This document shows, one piece after another, positions 12,501-29,372 of a stretch of DNA of 32,637 nucleotides (position 1 is its first letter; each line of letters opens with the position of its first letter). The DNA lies in assembly GCA_009602735.1 (NCBI GenBank), contig WELA01002318.1, forward strand, positions 443,291 through 475,927. Reading direction: 5' to 3'. The notes beneath the pieces are model-generated. The model was not told the DNA's origin. It was given only the letters and a program-made list of their open reading frames with translations, and ran no database searches. The position numbers were made by a program, and so were the translations under genes. Source of the stretch: Mesotaenium endlicherianum (lineage: Eukaryota).

Positions 12501-12655
12501 GTGATGTGTTCCAAATACTCATTTAACAGGTGAGGATGCTGATGAAGGAGCAACTCCTTGAGCTGGCGCAGAAATGACAGCTGCTCATCAACATTACCAG
12601 CTAACTTAGCGTTATTCAGGAGCTCAATTGTCTGCTCCCGTACAGAGTCACCCAT
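39..12655 (-). CDS. SYMPK: Symplekin (scaffold of the pre-mRNA 3'-end cleavage/polyadenylation complex), multi-exon, 3' end runs off the left edge of the window
   Basis: Hand-spliced exons (minus): 12453-12655, 12191-12350, 11975-12067, 11593-11728, 10662-10836, [exon(s) probably in gaps], 8684-9303, 7777-8229, 6761-6934, 5746-6042, 4010-4336, 3483-3548, 3012-3125, 2561-2668 (last four repeated at 1942-2268, 1415-1480, 944-1057, 493-600), 39-86. Peptides resemble plant symplekin as I recall it: VRLHAVKLVESVVLLFT, ISWL..HPLL, PVQRMVGMLGALV..LLINGLPPDMLADIVIEFMQHLP, DPRRDPRR, RPACRQASLDILLQ, ADPPPG, LMPLVRFLSHDE. Phases are consistent across adjacent exons. Confidence 0.9.
2561..2668 (-). CDS. 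SYMPK: Symplekin internal exon with GC donor (duplicate at 493-600)
   Basis: CAG|VLESLAEK...PPKLLAAMKNLCSNHPQ|GCATGC, 108 nt. Confidence 0.75.
3012..3125 (-). CDS. SYMPK: Symplekin internal exon (duplicate at 944-1057)
   Basis: CAG|VADNRLVPVLANKVGPTSDPLLAVLADPPPGCDALVLK|GTGCGT, 114 nt. Confidence 0.85.
3483..3548 (-). CDS. SYMPK: Symplekin internal exon (duplicate at 1415-1480)
   Basis: CAG|KQALTERLFAAYGSSTHAAARQ|GTCAGC, 66 nt. Confidence 0.75.
4010..4336 (-). CDS. SYMPK: Symplekin internal exon with polyQ16 (duplicate at 1942-2268)
   Basis: CAG|SSGHESAEVSEAA...VEAYAVQQM...Q16...RQMRLFAHLLCK|GTCCGC, 327 nt. Confidence 0.8.
5641..5740. repeat. (CA)n/(CGCA)n microsatellite
   Basis: Read directly from the sequence. 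Confidence 0.9.
5746..6042 (-). CDS. SYMPK: Symplekin internal exon
   Basis: CAG|LEAVVKE...LVLQRPACRQASLDILLQ|GTACGC, 297 nt. Confidence 0.85.
6441..6519. repeat. (AT)n(AG)n compound microsatellite
   Basis: Read directly from the sequence. Confidence 0.9.
6761..6934 (-). CDS. SYMPK: Symplekin internal exon
   Basis: CAG|GQEVAQALLFYLF...SYTSFLLSL|GTACTC, 174 nt, phase 0. Confidence 0.7.
7056..7111. repeat. Degenerate ~10-bp tandem repeat (GGACCAGATT-like) in a symplekin intron
   Basis: ggatctggaccaaattcagactggatccggaccagatgtggaccagattcagacc. Confidence 0.7.
7777..8229 (-). CDS. SYMPK: Symplekin internal exon
   Basis: CAG|DPRRRVKEE...WLRTALAARLSCQ|GTGCGC; joins the previous exon to give DPRRDPRR. 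Confidence 0.8.
8425..8657. repeat. Degenerate (CAGT/CAGC/CAAT)n tetranucleotide repeat, intronic
   Basis: cagccaatcagtcagtcagccagtcagccagcc... Confidence 0.85.
8684..9303 (-). CDS. SYMPK: Symplekin internal exon (apparent 1-nt frameshift in the G12 run at 8810-8821)
   Basis: CAG|VGANGEAAA...PVQRMVGMLGALV...FMQHLP, then in the shifted frame ...ADARRDPRR|GTACGT. Confidence 0.8.
10662..10836 (-). CDS. SYMPK: Symplekin coding exon 5
   Basis: SISWLGATRHPLLDSAALAQEASRSLVLLLSFLR...VAIVLLN, donor AG|GTGTGC; acceptor chosen by phase. Confidence 0.8.
11593..11728 (-). CDS. SYMPK: Symplekin coding exon 4
   Basis: CAG|HEIDGVRLHAVKLVESVVLLFTSDP..., donor G|GTAAAC (an alternative donor 12 nt earlier is possible). 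Confidence 0.85.
11975..12067 (-). CDS. SYMPK: Symplekin coding exon 3
   Basis: CAG|WVAQGKMEPRIAAGWTAMESFRKAAYSAAEK|GTCCCC, 93 nt. Confidence 0.85.
12191..12350 (-). CDS. SYMPK: Symplekin coding exon 2
   Basis: TAG|G ATG ATG GAG (EMMEEVG...LEELILQ), donor CAG|GTATGC; phase matches exon 1. Confidence 0.9.
12453..12655 (-). CDS. SYMPK: Symplekin coding exon 1
   Basis: ATG at 12655, MGDSVREQ...SPAVRRFATE, donor GA|GTAAG (phase 2). Confidence 0.9.
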
Positions 12656-13950
12656 GGTCGCTGCTCTTTATCATGCGCACTGGAAGATTTCGTTTTCTTT
12701 GAGCAGATGATATATGACTACGAACCGAAGGCTGAAGGAGAGAATGAGGTCACGCAGTGCACGGTCATGCTAATAGGCCTTTTTCCGTTCACACGGTACA
12801 TGCTGAAACTTTAGAACTGGTCTTTTCAAAATTGTACCCATTTCACATTGTTGGAACCAGATCCTTTGCATTTGGGCTTACTTAGAATCTGGAGCAGGAC
12901 CTCCATTGACGTTGGAAGTCAAAAGCGTGGAGCGTCTCAACAGCCAAAGCGTACTGACTCCTGTGCCAACGCCATAAATGCAACGCTCTTACCAATGGGT
13001 CCAATAATGACGTAAAATTACGTTATTATGATATAAAATATGTACCTCTGATTTGTCTATTGCTCTATAGCACTCTCGAGTGCTCTCGTGCACTCTGGAG
13101 CAAGTCACGTCTGTGCTGCAAGTGCTGAGGTGACCAGTTTTGATGCTCGAGCAAACCCTAGCACCATCCCCCACCAAAGCGAATAAGCGATAATCCCATT
13201 TTTCACTTACTCGTGTCGCAGCCAATTTCAGCCAGTTCCAGCCCATTTCAGCCAGTTTCAGCAAGTTTCAGCGAGTTCCAGGCTCCAGCTTTAGTGGTCG
13301 ACTTCCTGCTGGCGAGTCAACTCCAGTTGCAACCCAGTCTGCGCATTGGGGAACTTGGAAGTTAGAAACCCCGCTCCCAAACCGGTCGATTGAGTCACTT
13401 GGAGGCAACCAAGGGGGCCAATCACCGACAAAGATCATAAAGAAGAAGTTCCCAGTACAGTTTTTAAGCATGCGCTTCTGTTGAAGGTGGGCGGTCAGAA
13501 GAAACACGTGCTCGACCAAAATGAGAGACACGAAAGCGACAACAAGGAACCCCGAAGGGGCAAAGGTCTCCATTTATGGCTTTCCGAGCTGTCTTTTTTG
13601 AGCTCCGTCACTCCGTGTAGCTGAATGAACTAGCTGAGGCAAGCTGAGGCATCGCGAACTTGAAGGTTGCTTCAACTGGCTTCAACAATATCAGCAGAGC
13701 TATAACTCACCGACTCAAAATTCAACTGGTACGGTCGCTGGCATAGGAGAATAGAAACTGGAGATGTAAATTAGACCCAAGAAGCTCATCCTTTGCCGGG
13801 TGGACGTCTTCTGCCAATCTCTGCATTCTGTACTCGTTGTCTATCCACCGAGGGCCCGGGCTATGATACGTTATTATATGGTTTGACGTGCTGATGTTCA
13901 CGACGCACTGCGACATCCACCTTTAAGTAAATAGAGTAAGGGAGGTAGCC
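12656..13950. promoter_or_regulatory. Divergent (head-to-head) promoter/5'UTR region shared by symplekin and MKK3
   Basis: About 1.3 kb between the two start codons; AT-richer and SSR-free. Possible symplekin 5'UTR intron 12661-12992 (minus: TG|GTAAGA ... GCAG|CGACCATG). Confidence 0.7.
13221..13280. repeat. Degenerate 10-bp tandem repeat, 6 units (consensus GCCAGTTTCA)
   Basis: gccaatttca gccagttcca gcccatttca gccagtttca gcaagtttca gcgagttcca. Confidence 0.85.
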
Positions 13951-22881
<8,931 letters not shown>

Positions 22882-24341
22882 AGGAACAGCCGGGCCCCCT
22901 CGGCTCGCCATCGCTCGCGTTCCCCCGTTGCTCCTCCTCCTCCTCCTCCTCTGGTGGTGGTGGGATCCGAGGGTGCCTCCGTTGCTTTTCCGCCTCTGCT
23001 CCGGACCTGGCTCCCGCCAAGCCCCTTTTTTTCCATGCTTGTTATCAGAAGCAAATGTGCGGTTGCCAGCATGTACGGCGCAATCTGCAGGGCAGTTGGA
23101 TCACCATCGATACAAACAGGCTGGATGATGAAGTAGGTGGCAAATTTTTATTATCTTAGCTGTGAGCCTGTAGAGAAGACGCATAGGAAGGCTTGTCGTG
23201 ACTGGTGGAGAGCAGATGTCGTATTACGGTCTGGGAGTTGGCGGAAGTAGGGAGCTATGTCCGAGCTGCAATGGGTGAAATTTGATGTTCAGTGTAACAT
23301 GGGTATATCTATGCTTGATTCGTCAGAAGAGTATTTAGTTGCAATTTAGTCCGTTAGTGTAGCATCGCGAATGACTGGACGGTCTGGTATGTCCACAGCT
23401 GCAATGGGCTCCCCGTGCGTGTAAGTAGTTAGCAGCGGCCAACACTTGGGTACCCACTTTTCATGCACATATTGCTGCAAGTGTATCCTTGGCGGATTTG
23501 CAACAGGTTCTGCGCGTGGACGGCCATGTCCAGTGTACCATGCATGACAGGGTAGTGGTGATATTGTATTTTTTTGCAGACAAGAGCTTGTAGAGGATTG
23601 AGTGCAGCTTTACTTCGTTCATATCTGTGGCTTGCGGTCGTGACATGTGCACCAGAGGCAACCATGTCAGTGCAGACTCTTGCTGCTCATGTTGCTCTTG
23701 CATCGACATGTTCTGGATGTGCTCGTGGCCGCCATCTTGTACCTTGCATGTCCTTGCAGTGTTTGTAGTGACCTTATTGTGAGCTATCTAAGTATGGCAC
23801 GACCAAAGTCCTGCTGCTAGAAGAGCGAGCTGCAAGCTGTTTGTAGTGTAACATACTAGGCTACGCTTTGCGCACAGGGATAGATAGTCTTATTTACGCT
23901 GTATGAAATAGGCCGGCCTGCATGCGCGAATGCTTGTTCGCACAAGTCAAGCTAGCAAGCCGGCCCCCCCTAATTGGGCACAATACGAGCACAAGTGAAA
24001 GTGGTCATGAGAACGTACTCCGGCCATATTGCAGCGTTCCAATATGCACTGTTCCCAAAACCATCTGTGCCAGACAATACATTGGACAAGGTCTTGTGAC
24101 ACAAAAGTTTCTTTGATACATGCCTGCTGTGCCTCGTGACTTTTCCTCGACAAAGCAAGCGGGATCATGGGTGACCGGGTGATTTAGAGTAGTTACTCAA
24201 CCTGCCATGCTAGCAACGATTCACTTGTAACTTATATGGTTCTAGACCAGTAACTTTAAAACCTAAAAAAAGCTCGCTCAAATTGAATAATTTAGCTAGT
24301 GATAAAAAATGAACACAACTATCTAGCGTTATAGCCTACTC

Positions 24342-27300
24342 CTACACTACAGAATGAGTGATTGGTCGCCTTGGCAGCGGCATTGAAATCTTCAATAACG
24401 GATGATAGGGTGTATGCTCATTACAAACTTCGCACGCCTGGCATAAGTTGTAATCGAGACAGACTGTGCACTTATTTCGATGGCCTACAATCGCTTCAAT
24501 TGAGCATATATTACACCGAATGTGCTCATGGCGCAAATGCTCCTTGCTCTGTACCCAACCCCCGTACGTGCTTCTCACAAATGGCATCTTGACGAATAAA
24601 TGGTCAGAGGGGTGATTTGCAAGTGAGTCGCGGACAGGAGCTCTGTGAGCATGGGCCTGGTCAATGGCAGAGGTCAAAATCAGGACAGACAAAGCAGCGG
24701 TAGCGCGTCACCCCGTCCCTCATAGCTCGACGGCAGCCATTTCATATCCAATAAAAATCGTAGACAATGGTAGCTCCTGGCTGCAGTGCTCGCCGATCCC
24801 TCCGCAAATCCCCCAGCTGGATCTGCAACAAAAGGAAGCACGTTCAACATGGCATTCAGGATATGTTTTGAGACAGAGTCAAGATCAGAAGGTCTACAGC
24901 CTGCATCTTTCCGAGAAGAAGGCTGTTGTCAGATGAATTGACGACCCAAACTATGAAATACTTGACCACATTAGCTGAACCAAACCAGAATTCAGATTTT
25001 TAGGGTTCAGCAAGCTGGACCATTTGACAGAATAGAGAACGTGACCCCTCATTATTCCAAGGACAGAGGTAATGATAGGAAAGGGGGGGTCGAGTGTTAC
25101 TACGCTGACCTGGGACACGCGCATCAGCTCCAAAATATTTCTATGAGCCTGTATGTTTTGATGTCACAAGGGCAAACATTGAATGATACACAGGCATGTA
25201 AGATTGCGCATACTCTCCAGGTAATCCTGCTTGTTTCCAGGTAACCCTGCTTACCAAAAGTCTGGTAGAAGTTGGAGGCTATGCATTGGATTGTATTAAG
25301 TACTTGTCTGACAAAATAGGCAATTACAAGGAGAAGAAATTTTCCCTTTCACAACCAGGCATCAAGGAAAGAACAAGCAATTCTCGACCTTGCTGTCAGA
25401 TGCAAAGTTTAAAGACTACCCTACAAGGTGTAAACTCGAATAATCCACATCCACCACGATCGATCATGGCTTGAAACTTGGTCCTGAATGCCAGATGCGC
25501 ATCACTGGCCAATTTACAAAATTTAACAGCTCATGCGAGCATGGTCACACCCGGCAGCAGCAACCCTAATCAGTAATCTCCATGATCTCTTTTCCACCTG
25601 CCATACTTTAGAGCACTTCAGAGTCCAGACTCCACAGCAAGCCACATAACTCAACACAAAATTTACGTTATTCTTTAAAGTGGATGTCTTATAAATGTGG
25701 TAGAACCTGGAGTGGGAAGAACTCGTTCAGGTTTGCTCACCTCTGGCCAGCTGTTAAGGATCCCTTGCTCAAGAACATCGGAACGACTCCCCGTTGAAAG
25801 GACCTCCCTAAGATCATGGGACTGCTGCAGAACTGCAATTCGCTTCTGTAGCTCCTCTACTTCAGCCCGATTCTTTTCGCAGCACAGCAAACATTGCATG
25901 AAATGTTTGACAAGATTAAGCAGCAACCCCCCTATATGTCTCCAGCAGGCCCCCCAGCATTTCGCCCGAGTAAAAGCTTCACTGTTTTTGATATGCAGTT
26001 TGTGAGGCAAAAACTCAACCTCGAGCAAGACTTGATACTCCATGGTTCTGAATTATTAATATCCCGGAATGCATATCTCAAGTGGCGGCCGACCTGTACA
26101 AGCGAAGCTATGAAGCAGATCTGAGCAATGAAGGTGCGCATGTGGCACGTCAGCATCAAGCTTCATGGAGGATAAGTAAAGGTTCTTGAGGAGGTGCAAG
26201 GGTTCTACTATCCAAAAAATGACAGCATGCATCTTATGATAGTCATTATGTTTAAAGGGCAGAAGTGTTGACCAGACCCGTCTAGATAAGGAATGCATAT
26301 CGTCTCTGACTACTTGCTGGACTATCGGTGCTTGCTATACAGTAGTGTGATAGCTGTAAGCAAGAACAGCACCAATTGACAGCAACTTCATCACAAAGAT
26401 TGACAAGTCATTTACCCTATTTTCCAAACTTGTTCTCGTATAACAGCTGCAAGCTTGCTCTTATCTATTTAAACAAATGTGTATACCGGACCAGAGGTTC
26501 TTCTGCTGCAGCATATCTTTCAAAAAAACTTTCACTGATCCATATGCATGAATGTGACAACTTGGTATGTAAGTTGAACATACCATGCAAGGTGCATATT
26601 TCAAGAGATGACTCTCCAGCTGCCCACGTTGAACAGGAATATGGCATAGCTCACAACCAATCACAAAATACGTGCAGTTGCCCTGATGTGCCAGCAACTC
26701 ACTCCAGTCTCCTTGCCAGGGACAACCAGCATCATGGTGCTCACACCACACCAAAGTCCTGGACTACCGCAATAGATTGTTCACCTTTACCCAGAGGAAG
26801 TCCATTCTAGCAATAAAGAACAAAGAAACTTGAAAGAGCTGTTATTAAAGAAAAATACACAGCGCCAGGCTGTATAGAGCGCGATCCATATCCTGCAGTC
26901 AAATGCCTTACTGCATTATGGTTTGAACTAATCTGGCTGGGAGAGATGACTCAAGGCATGCAGATTCAAAAAGTGCTGCAGATGGAGAGCGGTTGCAGAT
27001 AATACTGGAACCTAGCTAACTTGTCAGTAGCAATTGCCATCTCCCACAGTAAGTTGTGAAAACTCCCACCTTCCAAGTAGGCGATAGAAATTTGGTTCAG
27101 CTTCACTCAACTTTCGCAGCTTCGCATGCGAAAGGTGCGCCTTGCACTTCAGAACACAAGTGAGCAAATTCTGTGTCATTGTTCAGAAGTATTAAGCACA
27201 ACACATTTTTGAAGTTGTAAGAAGGTCCAAACCTTCACTTATCAATCCTAGGTAGACTCAATTTGTAATGTGCACTTTTGAAATAACTTGAGTGAGAATA

Positions 27301-27749
27301 CTTAAGGATGTTTCCAGTGCTTGAAAGAAATTGGTGCTCAATATGCGCAGATTACCTGAGGACAAGCAAATGGACGATCTGCATATAAGTTTTAGTATCC
27401 AGTTATGCACGGGTCACAAAAAAATATGGGAGCACGGGGCCTGCCACAGGAGCTCGACACATACAAAAGATATGAAGGTGCAGCTTTTTTTGAAAAATGG
27501 ATGCAATCTACGTGAGGAAGTACCACCTTCTGCCTGATGTCTCTCGGACGCATTTAAGCAGGGCTCTTTGACGACCAAGTCATGGGCGCCATTTATGGAT
27601 GTAGAATAAATGGAAGGCATATGTTGTTCAAGTATTTGGACCTGAAGTGTATGAAGTGGATCAAATAGGTCAAGACAGATGGAGCAAGTTCGATCATGCT
27701 GCTCCCTTGCTGTCAACTGCTGCACTAACCTAGAAGCAAGAAACCCCAT
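24342..27749 (-). pseudogene. Intron-containing pseudogene of a RING / TRAF-type zinc finger / coiled-coil / tandem ZZ zinc-finger protein (putative E3 ligase)
   Basis: Exons: 27642-27749 (MGF...TCSICLDLFDPLHTLQ), 27356-27440 (APCSHIF/CDPCITGY*...ACPQ), 27130-27146 (CKAHL, tentative), 26584-26806 (NNLLR*SRTLVWCEHHDAGCPWQG...HQGNC...CELC...ESHL), tentative middle exons around 26278-26334, 25741-25875 (coiled coil) and 25110-25148, and 24342-24822 (WI*NGC...RYRCFVCPDFDLC/...H..H, then an intact second ZZ CNIC...KCTVCLDYNLCQAC...H..H). Disablements: extra base in the A7 run 27418-27424, TAA 27392-27394, TAG 26764-26766, TGA 24742-24744, frameshift/TGA near 24661. Confidence 0.82.
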
Positions 27750-28555
27750 TTGGTTATAGTATCTCCTGAACGCTACCAGCCAACGCTCCACTATTCTATT
27801 ACACAGAAGATGAGTACTGGGTGAGACCAAATCATATGATCTTTCCCAAATGGTTCAGTCAAGTAGTGCGGGCGAGCATCCGTACAACCAGAACATCTGT
27901 GGGAAATGCGTGGAATGCTTTCAGAGCTCTACACACACTCTTCCCCAACAAGCATCGAATGAAGAGATGACGAGTTTCAGCACCTTCAGTATAAGTGGCA
28001 CAACTCACGTTTCTTTGTGCACATGCATGAAGAGGGAGTATAAGTGATGAATCAAAAGGAACTACGTATCAGCGTCTGACGAAAGGTCAATTTAAGGTAT
28101 CTGAGTCCTGGCTGAGTCCCTTTTTCAGCTCCAAATTGCTGGAAATCCCCTATTGTGTCCTTATGCACTTGACTTTGCAGTTCGCGTCACGCGTGTAAGC
28201 GTCCTAGACGGAACTCGTCGTTGACGCGGCTGACACAGTCGATTACATATAGTCAACGAAATCTGGTGTGGTCCGGAGCTGGTCCAAAGCAGATTAAGCA
28301 AATTGCCTGCAGTTTCGGAGTACTTTGGGGTGGTTCAGAACTTCAGACTCCGGAGACACTCGGTTTGGGGTGGTTTGGAGTACAGACCATATCAGGCCGG
28401 AAACCCTTGGAGAACCTAGAAGCAGCCTAGAAGAGATACCACGGACACGGACCAGTTCGGACTGGCTTGGACTGGCTTGGACCCTGCTGGATGCTGCTGC
28501 TGGAACCTAGCTGGTCGCCCAGAGTCATGGGGTGCTAACTGTCGCAACGATCTCC

Positions 28556-28885
28556 AAAATATCGATTGTTTTCGCCAAACTTGCAAGTCGGTCCACCGAA
28601 ACCCTTGTCTTATTGATTTTTTTCGCAATGTTAAATTCAACGCAGGGTACTCCAGACGATTGAGTTTTTCGCAATAGCAATTGACGAAGGCGCCGAAATT
28701 GCAATTGATGTATATTATGCATTATATGTGGCGCAAGAACACCTATTACATTGATTATTTTCGCAAAGTATTTGGTCGTTTTGATAAAAGTCACCAACTT
28801 CCGTCAAGATTGATATTTTTCGTACAAGAGCAAGAATTTTCGAAAAAAATTTCCAGCCAAAAATACTTTGATTGTTTTCGCCAAG
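28556..28885. repeat. Dispersed array of a TTGATTNTTTTCGC(C/A)A-like motif, about 6 copies, AT-rich
   Basis: Copies start at about 28562, 28613, 28660, 28751, 28810 and 28868, all in the same orientation. Confidence 0.75.
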
Positions 28886-29372
28886 AAGCCCCTTCAGATG
28901 AAAAGAGTTAGCACCCCGTGCCCAGAGTGGCCCATGGAGTGGCCAGTGGTCACTGGCAAGGGCTGGTCCACGGCGATGAAACCGGGACCGGCAACCGTCA
29001 CTCTAGCTGTACGCCCATTTACGCCCGTTAAAAGGCAGTCGTTGAACCAGCACTGGACCCACTTGGACCCGTATATACACAGTATAGGCGCATGTAGACG
29101 ACACGGCAAGATCGAGGAGCAGGACCACAGCAGGACAGCATGCACGGAAGAAACTACGCTATGTAAGACGGGCATCTAGGCATGAAAGTGGAATGAAGAG
29201 TGTAAGAAGCTTTCTCGTGGCTTCCTCGACGACGTATTTGAAGTTTTCTTATCTCTAGTGCAGCACCCCTTCTTGAGGTCTGGAGTGGACTCTTCGATGA
29301 TGGCGAGACTTTGCAGCGTATTTTCGTGATTGAGATCGAGCTCCTTGACCATTTAGACTAGGCCTCGCGCAA

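Noticed and set aside
24742..24744. In-frame TGA exactly at the first Cys of a ZZ CxxC motif (W-I-*-N-G-C), suggesting selenocysteine or stop-codon recoding
   Set aside because: The same gene also has TAA and TAG stops and two frameshifts, and MKK3 uses TGA as a normal stop; pseudogenisation explains it more simply
23200..28200. AT-richer, SSR-free block as a transposon or horizontally acquired island
   Set aside because: No transposase, RT or integrase motifs and no terminal repeats seen; it is occupied by a spliceosomal-intron pseudogene
28556..28885. CRISPR-like repeat-spacer appearance
   Set aside because: Repeats are short and degenerate, spacing is irregular, the context is eukaryotic and no cas genes are present
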